A stretch of 63,766 nucleotides of DNA, counting the filler, from Octopus bimaculoides (lineage: Eukaryota), in NCBI RefSeq assembly GCF_001194135.2. It is 4 parts of 3 records of this genome, joined end to end, with 100 filler letters (N's around TTAATTAATTAA, not from the genome) between each part and the next. Parts side by side here need not be neighbours in the genome. Positions count along the whole stretch, not along the records: positions 41,240 to 62,087 come from NC_069002.1; 3 more parts are not named here. One strand, 5' to 3'. The position numbers and the translations under genes were made by a program. The notes under the pieces are model-generated. The model did no database searches. It was not told where the DNA came from and saw only the letters and a list, made by a program, of their open reading frames with translations. This document shows, one piece after another, positions 47,294 to 62,143 of this stretch (within the stretch, counting starts at the first letter, position 1; each line of letters begins with the position of its first letter).

Positions 47294-50200
47294 TATGTGC
47301 ACGATCTAATTAACTTAAAGTGTAATTGAATTGCATATTATATGAAATGTAATCTGAACCCAACTGATGAAATTTACTTCTAATAAAGAAAATTCGAAAT
47401 GATATCCAGGTAAGGTGTTAGTTTGATAGCAAACTGCCAGATTGAATTTGATAAATTAGCTAACAAATAGTTTGGTGCTTTTACACAGTTAAGAGTTACC
47501 TGTGTGCCAGAATTAACAATGATTCGTTCATCACTCCCAAGTTCCAGATATTCTCCCACATGCTAAGAAAATAACTATAAATATTTTATGACAATACATA
47601 ATGGCTGAAATCTATCGACTGTGCACACTGCACTGTGTTTGTGTCACAATAGCGTTTGATTAAATGATTGTTGTAGCTGTTCATAGCAAAGTAGGTGAGT
47701 TCAGAATGAGTACACCTTTTATCAAAGGCATTCCAGCCATGACTAACACTTTTTTCAAGCAGTTCTACATGGGGCTATATCATTGATTTCCTTCTTTAAG
47801 ACAGTATAATATGATATGATTGAGATTTAGCTGCTATTTCTAGCTCGACAAGTGACCATGCAGAGCAGAGTTTCTCAACCAAGCTTGTACATACATACAT
47901 ATATACACTTTGGTCGGCCCTAGGCTATAGGAGAAGACACTTGCCCAAGGTGCCACACAGTGGGACTGAACCCAGAACCATGTGGTTGGAAAGCAAGCTT
48001 CTTACCATACAGCCACTCCTGAACCTATAGAAAATTGGATACTCATGCTCTAAAGCTAATAGAGGAGTTAATCACTGACATATTTCTAGAAGAGCAGAGT
48101 TAAATGAATAAGTAACATATCACAACTTTGTTATGCAGGACATTGTCAGTGCCACCTAGTGAGACAAAAACAAAAATAATGTGGAGCCAACACTACTGGC
48201 ACCAAACTCCATGAGAGAGAATAATTGCCTCCAGTAAATTCATAGCTAGAAGAAATGTTTTTCAAGTACTCCAGTGTTTATGACATGAGTTCGCAATCAT
48301 GTGATTAAGAATGGCTAGGAATAAAATGCGATACAAAATAAAAAGTGGAAATTTAGAGACATAAAAATATCTTGTTCAGCTGGTGTAGCCTGCTTCCTTT
48401 AAAATGTCACTACCTATTTCAAATGTTTCACTCTTTGAAAAACAGAAGAATTTCTTTTGCAATCATCAATGCCAAATTTGTTAGATTTTCCTGGCTAAAA
48501 TGGCAAAGATAAAAATCTTTAGCATATTATACTACTACTACTACTACTATTTATTCCTACTACTCACTTTAAGAAGCACTGACTATAGCTTATACTTTCA
48601 TTAATGTAAAGTACACTAAAGTGGCATCTTTTGTTGTCCAGCAGTTGAACTTTAGTCAGAAAAGAATTGAATTAAGTTGAATCATATATATGTGTGTGTG
48701 TATATATATATAAATATATATATATAAACACAAACTTCTATATTCTTTCTCAATACAGACAAGATTAAATTGCCATCCAAGGTTAAATAGAACCAGTTTT
48801 AAGAATGCTATAGACCTTCAAACTATTCAAGATGAAGCAGGATAGAAATGAAAATTCATTGGAATAACAAAATAGATGTGAACAGCAGTAAATCAAACTA
48901 TACAAAGCAATAGAAAACAGACACATCCCTCAAACAATAAAAATAAAATAAATAAAACATTTTTGTCAAGGACTGTCTTTTAGGTATTCAAGAGTTTAAC
49001 ATATTAACAGGAAAATTCTTAAGATTCTGACAATCATAAACAGAATCAAACCAAAAAAAAGAAAATAAACGGTAAGAACTATTGTGACTACAAATGCTAG
49101 ACATTTTATAAGAATAGCAAAATATAAAAATAAGAAAAAAGAAAACTATAGAGTGAAGCTTCCTATTTTCATTAATTTATTGGTGTCATGAAAATCTGAC
49201 GTTAGATTCAAGAGTTAAGAGCAAGAAGTAAAAGTGCAAACACAAATGACCGTTCTGAAAGATGTTCTGTGTAGACAGTGATTAAGAATGATGCTTTGTT
49301 GACAACTGGAAAAATATTTCCCTAATTATTTCAATTCTGATTTTGAATGTGATAGGATGGTGCTCTTAATGAAGAAAAATTTAGAATTTTTCTTTAAGAA
49401 TCAGCATATAATTATTTCTCGAGTTAATTTAGTGATTACGATAAACTTTGTTAAAATCTGCTGTCACTGACAAAACATTTCATCATTTATTTCACATCAC
49501 CACTTCTTAACTGATGTGTTTCAGAAAAAGAGAAATTAAAGCTTTCAGATAAACAAGTCAGACTCTAAATAAAAGACATATAAGTTTTAAAAAAATACAT
49601 ACAGATATAAATGATATCTGTGTACACACAAACACAAAAAATCACTAGCTAAAAATGAAAAATAACTACACAAAAATGAACAAAAAATTCATTAGAAACT
49701 GAAAACTTAAAATTACATTCCAAAATAAAATACAAATTTAAGAATGACAATAAACTGAAAAGAAAAAAGAAAAGGAAAAAAGAAAAATATGAACAGAAAT
49801 GTTTTCCAAGAACTCATTCAGAATATGCCATTTTTATGAGGTAGAACACCTAAATATATGAAAATGAAAATCGTTCCTGTTAAAAGCTAGAATAAAATTT
49901 GAAAATTTGACAATAAGTTTTATTAATTTAGAATGAAATTTATAAATTAAAACACCATGGTTTATTAGTTTCTCGTTTTAAAGAATCAAAAATAACAATA
50001 TCTTTCCCATTCGTTTATATATGCCAGAGTTCAGTTCTTACTGCTGTCTTATCAAAAATAGATTAGCACTAGTCATGAATATCCTTGCATAAATCTGCAA
50101 TACCAACACTAGATTCGTATACTAATTTGTAAATCCGTGTGTACCTGTGAGTACAGATTCAAGCACACACATAGATTTTCTTATTTAAAATAGAACATTT

Positions 50201-50322
50201 ACATGACAAATGTTTAGACAAGAAATGAAAATTTCATAAAACTGCAGAGGAACCATGATCAAGAATCATCTTTTGTTTAAAAATGTCAGAAAAAAATATT
50301 GATGAACTCATGGATTAGCAAG

Positions 50323-50353
<31 letters not shown>

Positions 50354-53300
50354 GAATGTATGTATAAAATTGTAGAAATAGGATTTAGTAGACTTATTTC
50401 AAAGAAAGTGATTCAGAGGAATTCAGGTTAGAAAAAAAACAAATTGGGGGGGAATACATATAAAAATCTTAGATGTTTTTTGAAAAAATATGTCAAACCA
50501 AATATTTTGCTGAGAAAATAAATCTCTTCTTTCTTTTGGGGGTTTTACTGTCAAACTAAGAATTTTATAAAGAATACTTGAATAACTACTTTCTTTAACT
50601 CTACACTGCTCATATTCCTAACAAACCAGATTACTTATACATTTCCTTTAAACTTTGAAATCCATGATTTAGGATTTAGTAAAAGCAACTAATGAGTTCA
50701 TTATTAAACCTGTTGTTACCTTATTTCTGTTGAACTACACAACCTTTGATTTAAGTAATTATGAATATAATGAAGAATGTAGAAAATTAATTTAATTAGT
50801 AATTTCTATCTTATACTTTCAAAGCAGATACATCAATGAAAGCCTAATTAACAGTGGTATTCATCTTGAGATAGCATCCCTTAGCGATGTATAATGTTAA
50901 AAAACACAGAAATATATCAGTTGTAGACAAGAATCATCCAGCAGCGGTGGTGGCATTGCTAAATGTGCATTTCTGCTTCTTTGCACTTCATCAATAACAG
51001 TTCTCATCTACTGGCAACTGCATGCTAACACAAAATCTGTTGTTACTGATGTAGTAAAACAGTGATTAATATTAAACTGGCATAGGCAGTGAGCAAGCAG
51101 AAGTGTTAGCACAGAGGACAAAATACTGGTAAGCATTTTGTCTGTTTTTATGCTTTGAGCTCAAATTCGGCTGAGGTCGACTTTTCTTTTCACCCTTTGA
51201 TTGTCAATAAAATAAGTACCAGTTGAGCACTGGGCTTAATGTAACTGACCGACCCCTCCCCCAAAATCGCTGGCCTTGATTCAAAATTTGAAACCAGCAT
51301 TAAGCTGGTGTTTGAAACACAAATTAACCTGATGTTTTCTTGAGAGGTTTTAATTCAATTAAGTTAAGGTGTAATTAAAGAGAAATTTGGCTGCTATTTC
51401 TAATAAGTCAAACAACCATATCAAGGCTCCCTCATAAGATTGAATAAAATTATACATGTAATATATGCATAAAGGTATGTATGTGTAGGGTGGTACATGA
51501 CAAAATATAAGTTTGACACTATAGCTTTCAGCAGCAAATATGTAACTACAAATAGAATGGATTGAATCCTTTAACTAATTAATAATAATTAATGCAATTA
51601 ATGTAATTTCTGACAAAACGTTATGAATATAAGTTTTAGGTTCCTTTCTTTAATGAGTTTGTTTCAAAGGCAGGGAAAATGATAGTAACATTTCCATTTT
51701 CTTCTTTTCGTTTTTACATTCAAACTGAGAGGGTTGGCAAGGTTTCAAATTTTATGCATATTTGAATGAGTCTTTAATATCAATGCATGCAAAACAAAAG
51801 CTACATACTAGGAAAAAAAGAAACAAACAATAAAAGATGGAAAAAAACCCCAAAAAGAATTATACACCAAAATGAAATAAGCAATTCAAAAATGAAATAA
51901 TATTCACAAAATAGAAAATGGAAAATACATTTGACAAAAACAAAAATAACAAAGGAAAAATCAAAATAATAACGATAAAAACACATAAAAAAAGACAAGA
52001 CAGAAAATAAGAGATGAATGTACTTACTAGATCACTAACAAAGGGGATAGATTTTCGCCTCGGCTTAATTTCCGGCATACTATCTATACTCGTATAAAAT
52101 GTATTATGCTCAGGGGGTCTGTAATGGGATATAAGATAGAAAAAAATATCTTAGTTCTTTGACCTAAACAGTGGCACTAGCATGGGAATTACATTGGTAA
52201 GCATCCATTTTCCTGAAGAGAAAAATTTTTCACCATTTATTATACATGCAAAAGAAACTAAAGAAATATATGAAGAAAATTTTATTCCATCATTTTTTTT
52301 TTTTTATTAAAAAATATCAATTTATCAACATTAATAGCTTATAAATTACTGACATGAAAAAAAAACAAGAATTTAAATTTGTGAACATTGTTACAAATGA
52401 GTGTGTATGTGTAAATGTTATGTATGTATGTATATGTATGAATGTTGTTAATAGCTGTCACAGTGTAGAACAAAACTGCTTGTCATAAATAATTCTGTCC
52501 AAGGACTTTCTAACAGTTCTTGAGCTATGTTTGGGTTATAGTGTGAGGGCGATTGCACTTACTACACTGCAACTCATGTACTAATTTGATATATTTTACA
52601 CACACACACAAGTTCACAAAAACAAGTACTTCTACAAGAATATGTGCATGAGTGCAGAGGCATTTAAGAAGCTAACATTTTTGCATGTTTACATGATACA
52701 GTCAGCAACAGACCAAATATACATTATTTTTCTTTCCTAATATCAAACAAAAACAAGAATAAACTTTCTTTAATGCATGTAACTCTTATCAAAAAATCAA
52801 CATCTGAAATATCACATAACAAATTGAACAAGTCAAAACAAAATAACCTCATGTTTTCTTCTGTTGTGTACTCTTCACAAGGTTTATCATCTGTTCCTTC
52901 CATTTGCTTAGGTAACACACAATTACACGATACACAATGTGCCAGGTGCTCAGGATGCAGTCAAGTCTTATACCTTATTGAACACTGCATTTTACCATTT
53001 AAAACGAGACAAAATGATCTGTTTCCAATCCATTTGGTTGCCTTGATTGTTTGTGAAATCAACCCTTAAACCCTAAACATTCATCTTGTTGTTACAGTCA
53101 CTGAGAAATACGAACATTAAGAATCCCTCACATAAAACAAATGGAAATATCAGATGATATTTTACAATATGTATGGATATAACAATGCCATAGAGCATAT
53201 TTTATACGGGGGATATTTATAAATAGATGAACAAGAGTAAATAAAAATAAATATTAGAAATAAGAAAGTTATGAATTTTGGCAAACATTACAAAACTTCA

Positions 53301-53762
53301 AATTGAGAATACAAAATGTGAGAGTAAATTTTCCACTCGGACATGTATTTTTTCAGTGTTGTTAGAATTTTATTTTTTTGTCCTTTCTTCAAAATGTGAG
53401 ACATTCCAAAATACAATTAATCGACAATTCCTGTAGGCACACTGATTACTTGGTAATTATAAAAAGTGATTAAAACCAGGAGGGTAAGAAACAGACTTTC
53501 TATATGTTGATACTATTATTTTCTTCCTTTACATCAACAGCGGTGCTTATTATATACATCTATGTTATATACACATCTGCACTCACATAAAAATATCTGA
53601 CAAATAATTTCACTTGCTCTCCCCTCCCTCTCTTTCTCTATCTATCTATCTATCTCTCTGTACATATATATATATATGTATAAAAAATGGGATTGTGTTA
53701 GTTGATGTTCATGTCTCTTCACAACAGTGGCTGTCACTTCCTTCACCCTCTTCTATCTACTA

Positions 53763-53821
<59 letters not shown>

Positions 53822-54385
53822 AACTAATGTGTTCCTTACTCTTCAAACATTCCTTTAATGTATAAACAGCATTTAAAAATTCCCTCCTTCTCAATCTCCC
53901 AAAGAACCAATATTTGTTCCCTTTCTTTATGCTACATTATATAACCATATGTATGAAAACATATAAATGTAGATACAAACAAATATATATATATGTATAT
54001 ATATATAGTGGCCCTCAATACATTAAGTAGTTGCTACACCTACTTTTTAATAACAGTTTGACTCAGCTCAACTTGACTTAACCCTTTAGCATTAAGACTA
54101 CTCAGCATAATTTATTCAATTGTTTTGTATTAATCAATGTCTTTTCTCATTGCTTCACGATTACAATGATGTGACTGTTTACTTTTAGAATGTCATTATA
54201 GAATAGGAGTGAGAGTGGAGTTCCTGGGGTAGATCCAACCGAAATATATCCCAACTGTGGATGACACCAGGTAGCCAATACCATGCTGGTGCTTTACTCA
54301 ACACTTGAACACACTAATCGACTTATACCCATTAGTCCAAAGCATTACATATATGTGTGTGTGTGAAATATATATGAATTACTGA

Positions 54386-54433
<48 letters not shown>

Positions 54434-57400
54434 TTATGCTTATATACATCAAAAAGGTCCTTCCTGAGCCATAGGCTCATTTCTGCTAGCTGAGTGGACT
54501 GGAGGTATGTGGAAGGAAGTGTTTTACTCAAGAACACAATACATCGCCCAGTCCAGGAATCGAAACCTCAGCTTTATGATAATAAGTGCAACACTCTGAC
54601 CACAAAGCTACACGCATCCATACATACATACAAATACATGCATATATATATATAAATGATGTATGACATATTTGTGTATGTATATATATGCATGTGTATC
54701 TGAGTCTGTTACTGTGCGTGTGTGTATTTATGCAAGTATTGCTTGAAAATCCACATTAAAATGATGTTCAAAAATTTATACTAAAATATATTCATGGCTT
54801 CAATTTACATAGCCTTTTAGCCAGAAAACGAATTGCACAGTCATCTAGGCACATGATGTGTTGAGAAATCTACACACACACACCTGATTGCATTAAGTTT
54901 TCAACAATATATAATGATGTTAATTTTCTTTCAAAAAGGCCTTTTTACATAAAATTATGCCATAGATTAAAAAATGACTAAATTTTTTTAAAAGTACTCT
55001 GTAGATTGGCATAATAATATATTGAACATTTCAATAAAATTTACTAAAAGAGATTTGGAGATGAATATATTAAAAATTTATCATTGTTTTCCCAATATCC
55101 GTTTATTCTTCAGCTGATGTGAGTTATTTGAATGTGGCCAGACTAGGGCATCACTTTTAAGTGTATAGTCTTTAGCATTAGTCCAGAACTTGTCATTTTT
55201 ATTGTGGGGTCTTTTTTTTTTTTTTGTTGGGTGTTCAACCTTAGAAGGATGGAATTCAGTGTAGATCTGAGCAGGATTTGAACTCAGAATTGCTTGCAAA
55301 GGGAAATAACTAAGTAAAAACACAAAGAATTTTATACTACTGATTTGGCCACACCCAACTTCCTGCTGTTGTAAACAAAGTGAAACCAATGAATTCATCT
55401 TTGAATAAAATAAAAGATTAAATATAATAAATATAGTAAATCTCTGCCTTTAGAAATGAACAATTAACATCAAATCTTTGGTTTAGACTGGGAAAAAAAC
55501 CCAATGAATTTACTATTTCAAACTACAGATATAAAACATATGCATACATACAAACAAATACGTATGTAATTATATACACACACATATATATAACAGAGTT
55601 ACTAGTGAGGAATTATTAATCTGGGCAAAACACCTTGTAAATTCTCTGTTAGTGCACCTGGCTAAAATAATAATATTTATAAATAATAGATACAATATAT
55701 AAAACCAATAATACTTAAGTTTAATTGGGTTACCAACAGGAAGGGCATCTAGTCATAAAACAATGTTTATATAGCATGTTCTCATCTAACCCATGCTGGC
55801 AGGGGAAAAACGAACTGCTATGATGGTTGTGAGGTGAATTCTTTACCACAGAACCATGCCTGCACTTTCAATTTGCCATTGGTAAATTTCAAACCTATAA
55901 CTTTTTAAAACAATCTCCTGTCGGTATTAATTTAGCATTTGCTGCAAGAAAGCCAAAAATCTATGAATTACATAAATTTCTGGTTACTCTCCTGATGAGA
56001 AGGCGACAAAGGCGATTTATAAATATGAGTTTAAATTGATGAAAAATGCATTCATACTTCTCCATAAAAACCAAGAATAAATTTATAAGATCATAAGATT
56101 AAAAAAACAATAGTTGATAGCTTGAAATAACAATCTTTTTCTCTGGCTCTCTACAAGTCACTCTTATGAATATTTAATTAGTGGAATAATTTTACTCCAT
56201 TTTATTGATGGTAGTGTGTAAAACTTCAATCTCTGCCTTACTGATAAGTGCAAATCTTAAACAAATTACTGAAGGCATTCATCTTGATGGAATATTTCCT
56301 TGTGATCTGATGCAAAGTGATTTTACTCTCATACACGTAATCCACACAGTTTCTTTCTGGTTCTTGTGAAAAGAAAGAGACCAAATTTTGAAACCACAAC
56401 CTTACATTTTAATCAATAGGTGTCTAATGTTGATGTTCAAGAAATACACGAGTGCCTAGAAACCTTCTGGATTGTCACTAATGATAAATTTGGTGGTGGA
56501 GGAGGAGGAAAAGGAGGAGGAAAAGGAGGAGGAAGAAAACAAAGGAAGAAAGAAATAACAGTTAAAAAAACCTAAACTCTTCTGCTAATATTTATAATGT
56601 GACATCGAAGAAATACCATCAACTAAATTATTGATGACTAAAAAAAAAAATATATACCTAATTGATTCTACTATACATTTGGCACCTATAAAATGTGCAA
56701 AGATTATTAGGAAAAAAAAATCTCTTACAACGCTGTGACTCTATAATAAAAAAAAGAAAAAATATTAAAAATAGAATTAATATTTTATATGTAACATGCA
56801 AACTATATAATTTTTTAGAATTTTCATAGTCATATAAGATTTATTTAATTTTATGAGAAAAAAAGATGTTAATGCTTTACTACATTCAACTTTCCCAATA
56901 GTATTTTGATAACTTCTTAATGTTCTTGTTTTATTTGAGGATCCTTTTGAAAGCTGATAAAACACATTTAACACTGGAATATAATATAAGATTTTGATGT
57001 AGCAAAGAAAATGTTACTTCAAACAGGGTAACACACATGTATTAGACATCGATTAGACAAGTACCTTAGTCTTTGGGGCATCTACTACACAAAATATGAA
57101 TTGATACAACATATTGCTGTTTTCAGATTAAGTATTTCAACATAATACATCAAATATTTTGATTACAACCGAACTTACAAATCTATATGAGCAATACACA
57201 AATACTCCAACATTTCTTAATACACAAATATCTCAGCTCCAGAGGGGAATATGGCACTAAGATAGAGAATTGAAACACAAACGATGGGGTTACTAGTCCA
57301 ATCAATGCGGGAAACACTAGCAGTGATTCATACCAGGAATAGACATGTAATTATATGAATTCAAGGTATTGAAAGCAATAAGATGCCTTTTTCATCTACA

Positions 57401-57867
57401 AGAAATATTCCCAGAAGATATACCTTTTATTCATGTTGCAAACGAGCAACTTTTTCTTCACGTATTTCAGCAATGTGAGTCAAATATCAAAGCGCCCCAA
57501 GAAATATCTAACTTTCAATTCTACTTCTAAAATTTGAAAACCAAGACATATTACTACTTTGCCACTAGTAATATTAAAAATTGAATAAAACTTCTACAAT
57601 TATTTAAAATAAAAATTCAATACTTTCAAAGTTAGAAATTATTGCATTTGAAAATTCTTCACTAAGGAATATTAGTGTCATAAAATTTACATGAAACAAA
57701 ATCTTTATATTAAAGAATAATTATAGAAAAAAGAAAAATCTATGAATTTATAATTTTAGAACTGAAATATTTTTAATTCAAGGGAATGAATATTTAAAAT
57801 GCTTTTAAATCTTTTATAAAAAGGATTTCAAGTTATAATTCAACTATATATATATATATACTTGTAT

Positions 57868-57899
<32 letters not shown>

Positions 57900-58139
57900 C
57901 ATACATACACTCACACATATATACATACATATATATATATACACACACACATACATACATACAAGTTGTGGAAGAAGGAGACCCAGGAAGACAGGATGAA
58001 GTATTTTAGTCCAATCTTAAAATGCTGAGCATTATGAAGGAGATGACAGAGAACTGAAATATGTGGCACATTGCTATACTCAAGAGGACCTGCCCAACAA
58101 TATAGAATTAAAATCCTAAAATCAAGATGTCATGTAAGA

Positions 58140-58380
58140 AGCACCATGCTGGTGCCATGTAGAATGACTGGTACTGGTGTCGCATATAAAGCACTGATGA
58201 TGGCACCACTTAAAAGGCACCCAGTACACTGTGTAAAGTGGATGAATTTGGGAAGGGCATCCAGTTGTAAAACCCAAGCCAAATCAGACTATGGAACCTG
58301 GTGCAGCCCCTTGCCAGTTCATGTCAAGCTGTCCAACCCATGACAGCATGGTAAAAGGAAGTTAAATGAAGATGATGATG
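58140..58380 (+). mobile_element. Diverged RTE-type 3' end
   Basis: GGAAGGGCATCCAGTTGTAAAAC...CCAACCCATG + (GAT)n. Confidence 0.7.
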
Positions 58381-58383
58381 AAC

Positions 58384-58424
<41 letters not shown>

Positions 58425-58426
<2 letters not shown>

Positions 58427-58682
58427 TGAAGGCATGTGGCCTAGTGGTTAGGCTGTTGCACTTGCGATCACTAGATGATAGGTTCAATTCCCTGATTGGG
58501 CAATGCGTTTTGTTCTTGGGCAAAACACTTCATTTCACGTTGTTCCAGCACTCCTTTTGATCAGGGGGAAATGTTGGCCTGCTCACCCAGCCAGTGGGGT
58601 GGCATCATTTAAAGGCTAAAACAATGCAAAAACGCATTGTGATCAGCGATGTGTAACATCTGATAACCTGTTCAGTCACATG

Positions 58683-58683
<1 letters not shown>
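58425..58683 (+). mobile_element. tRNA-derived SINE
   Basis: TGGCCTAGTGG A-box-like and GGTTCAATTCC B-box-like head. Confidence 0.75.
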
Positions 58684-58729
<46 letters not shown>

Positions 58730-58808
58730 CACACAGGTATGGGGATGCGAACAGAAAAAATAGAACTTAAAATATGTCTAAGTATACTTTTATTAATATT
58801 TAGCAGAA

Positions 58809-58867
58809 GCAACAGAGTGACTCAAGGGTCAAGAGTTTCATGCATTGGCACTCATCAGACTAGTTGC
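58809..58867 (-). ncRNA. Near-canonical type I hammerhead ribozyme
   Basis: Minus: GCAAC-T-AGT CTGATGA GTGC-CAAT-GCAT GAAA CTC-TTGACCCTT-GAG TC ACT-CT-GTTGC; GUC triplet, cleavage predicted between 58819 and 58818. Confidence 0.85.
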
Positions 58868-58885
58868 AGATCAAAAAGCTGTGGG

Positions 58886-58893
58886 TTTATATA
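58886..58893 (-). promoter_or_regulatory. TATA-like box upstream of the 58809 hammerhead
   Basis: Minus TATATAAA 18 nt before stem I; motif match only. Confidence 0.3.
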
Positions 58894-58899
58894 CAGACA

Positions 58900-58931
<32 letters not shown>

Positions 58932-59140
58932 TGAATTTTAAATCAGTGAATGTTAATCTACAACTGTAAAATACTATCAAAGTTTGATAAGATATTCTGC
59001 CCGTTTAATCATACAAAATAGCAGTTTTCTCTGTGAGTGCTGACACTGATATGCATTTTACAGACAAATCCCATAATAAATAATTCACAATATACAACAA
59101 AACAGATTCTGAAAGAAACACTATGTTTTTGTTAATTTCA

Positions 59141-59175
<35 letters not shown>

Positions 59176-59444
59176 AAGCACGGAAGAAAATGGTTTGGAA
59201 GTTTGGAAATTAGTTTTATTTCTAAAATGTTTTCCAAACATTTTTACAAAGCAGTGATGACTACACAACTCTTGGTGCAAATGGAACAATAGAGACCAAC
59301 CAATAATCAATTAATGACCTGCAGACTATGCAGGTGTTTGATATCTTGGAGACATTGAAAGTGTACAAAAACTATGGAGTGATAAGTATTTTCTAGGTAT
59401 TTCGGAGAAATAAAAGAATCTTTACATATGAAATCCAGCACTGC

Positions 59445-59665
59445 AAGAATATTAATTGTTGGTTTCAAATCCTGATGCAAGTTTGGGAGAGAGGTTAAGT
59501 CAACTACATCAACCCCAGTATTCAACTGGTACTTATTTTATCAAGCCCAAAAGGATGAAAGGCAAAGTTGACCTCAGTGGTATTTGAACTCAGAATGTAA
59601 AGATGGACAAAAATGCTGTTAAGCATTTTGCCCAGCATGTTAAAGATTCTGCCAGCTCACCACAT
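59445..59665 (-). mobile_element. tRNA-derived SINE (26412 family)
   Basis: GGATGAAAGGCAAAGTTGACCTCAG...TTTGAACTCAGA. Confidence 0.8.
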
Positions 59666-61001
59666 TAAGGTAATCGTCCCTGGTTGACCTGGGTGGGTTT
59701 GAACCAAGAATATTAAATTTTATTTATATATTACTGCTATTGTTAGTTTAATTATTCTCACCATGATATCAGCTAGAATGATAATATAACTAAATTGTAA
59801 TATTAACATTTATAATTTTCCAATTCTGAACTGAATCTTTGAGCTTCTCACATGTTCTCTGGCATACCATCAGCACATGTTTGCCCTTTATACATATACA
59901 TACATACATATATATACATATATGTATGTGTGTGTGTGTGTATATATATATATACATGACCTTCTAAAATGTATTGATGTCAGATAAAACTTTATATCTT
60001 ATTAATACTAGATCTTTATGCCCAAATCCATACTCTTTAGAGACACTTGTTTAATCAGTTTTAGTATAATATCCAAGAACTAACAGATATATCGGACTTA
60101 GATTTGCACAATTGCAATTTTACTAAGTGATTTGATCTGCTCATCTAAGAACAATATTCATTCCAAAGTTGCTGGGGGTTTTTTTTTTCCATTTTTTTGT
60201 TGTTGTTTACTCCATATTGTATCTCTTCTCTGTACCTATACTCCACAAACCTTTTTGTTCCCTTCCTTCCTAAAATCAACATTACATCTACTTCCACCAA
60301 CCTGAACTCTCAGTTATCATTTAACAAAAATAAAATACACACCCACTCACTCACCCTTCGGCTTAGTATAAAATTCAAAATATTCTGGATTTCTTTTGTC
60401 TTTTCCATCACTGGTTCAATGTTCATTAGCTAATATATTTAATGTAGCACTCAATGAGCCTTAGTTTCTAGTAACCCATCACCTAAGGACACATACACAC
60501 ACAGATATTAGGATGTAATCCAAAAGAAAAAAAAACAGAAAACCATTTTAATTCTCATTCAATTAGACTAGATTGAATACTTCTATTATATTTAGAACAC
60601 CAGCTGAGGTTAGAATGTCAGCCAAAACTTAAGGTAAAATAATATGCAATATTAGCAAATTCAATCACATGGATTATCTCAGCTTTTTCATTGTCTCTCT
60701 CTCTCTTGGCTTTATATTCATCTAAAAGATTATGGTAGCCACAAATCAAAGATTTCCTCCCCCTTCTATTTCCCTAAACAGCTATAGACAGCATGTCAAC
60801 AGTTGAATTCCATTTAACGTGTGATGGCATACCAAATATGTGTATTTCTGTTTCATTTATTTTTCTTGCTGCTTTTTTTGTTTCCCCCCTCTTCACCAAT
60901 ATTACTCTGACTATTTGAAATATATCCTATACGTCTCTGCCACTAAATGACATGCTATAGCAGAGAATGAAAAAAGACAGGAATCTCCTTGACTATTTCG
61001 T

Positions 61002-61052
61002 TCACGTCGGAACATCCCTTTCCCTTTCCTTGCAGTGCAGCAAACGACAAAT
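61002..61052 (-). CDS. Candidate terminal coding exon of an unidentified gene (ICRLLHCKERERDVPT*)
   Basis: Pyrimidine-rich acceptor TTTTCCCATTAG, locally GC/CpG-rich, stop in phase 0; no homology recognised. Confidence 0.2.
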   Translation of the reverse strand: MCRLLHCKERERDVPT

Positions 61053-61899
61053 CTAATGGGAAAATTTATTGTGAAGATTTGTATCGCTACATTTTACTAT
61101 CTAAATAGTTAGTGAAAGGATTACAGGAATAAATGACAGGGTATATAAAAGCAATGAGCTATAAATGGAAGCTATTCGAAGCAGGGATCAAGCCATATTA
61201 AGTTAAACCTATAAGTTGCTTTACAATCCTTTTACTTTCCATAAAAGCCTGACACCTAATGTGATTACTATAGTTTAAATATATCAATGATAACAACAGA
61301 ATAAATATATAAATAGGGAAATAAATAAAAAAATCTTAAGTAAAAATTGAACTCCAATATACATAAAACCTAGCTAAGCTATAATTGGCAATGAGGTGGT
61401 GTGGTGTAGATGGTGGTGGTCGTGGTAGGAAGAACGAGTAATAAAATCATTTAGAAAATTGCATACTCATATTTCTTCACACTAAAACAAAGAGCAAAAA
61501 AAAAAAAAGAAAAGAATAACTCTTGAATCATATTGCTGAAACAGGGATCAAATCAAGGTATTTGCTATACTAACCAGTTGTTCCTGTATCTATTATATAC
61601 CATTTAGAAAAGTTGCTTGAATATATTCATTTATTATTTAGAAATGATGATTGAATTTATATTATTTACTATTTAGAAAAGATGGTTGGAATTATTTACT
61701 TACTGTATAGAAAAGATGGTCTGATGTATTTATTCATTTATTTATTTAGAAAAAACGTAATTATTGTTAATTAGACTTTAACATTTCAACATATTATTAA
61801 AAGTGGAAAAGTATATGTGTGTGTGTGTATGTATACGTGTGTGTGTGTGTGTATGCATATATATATGTTTGTAAATATATGTATATATATGTGTATATA

Positions 61900-61948
<49 letters not shown>

Positions 61949-62048
61949 ATATATATGTATGTGTGTGTGTATATATATGTGTATATATATATATACATAT
62001 ATATGCGTATATATACTTTAACCTATATATATATATATACATACATAC

Positions 62049-62087
<39 letters not shown>

Positions 62088-62131
62088 NNNNNNNNNNNNN
62101 NNNNNNNNNNNNNNNNNNNNNNNNNNNNNNN

Positions 62132-62143
62132 TTAATTAATTAA
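62132..62143. other. Artificial six-frame stop linker
   Basis: TTAATTAATTAA within an N gap. Confidence 0.9.

Noticed and set aside
52724-53069. ORFs 52724..52918 (-) and 52773..53069 (+)
   Set aside because: No domain recognised and no splice support; compatible with chance in non-coding DNA.
14848-55999. Other isolated CTGATGA/CTGAAGA/CTGAGGA heptamers (near 14220, 14848, 15197, 25017, 31911, 47366, 55993)
   Set aside because: No matching stem II, GAAA, stem III or stem I could be formed.
61603-61755. Irregular repeats of TTTAGAAAAGATGG as a CRISPR-like array
   Set aside because: Degenerate AT-rich tandem repeat without constant repeat and unique spacer structure; eukaryotic context.
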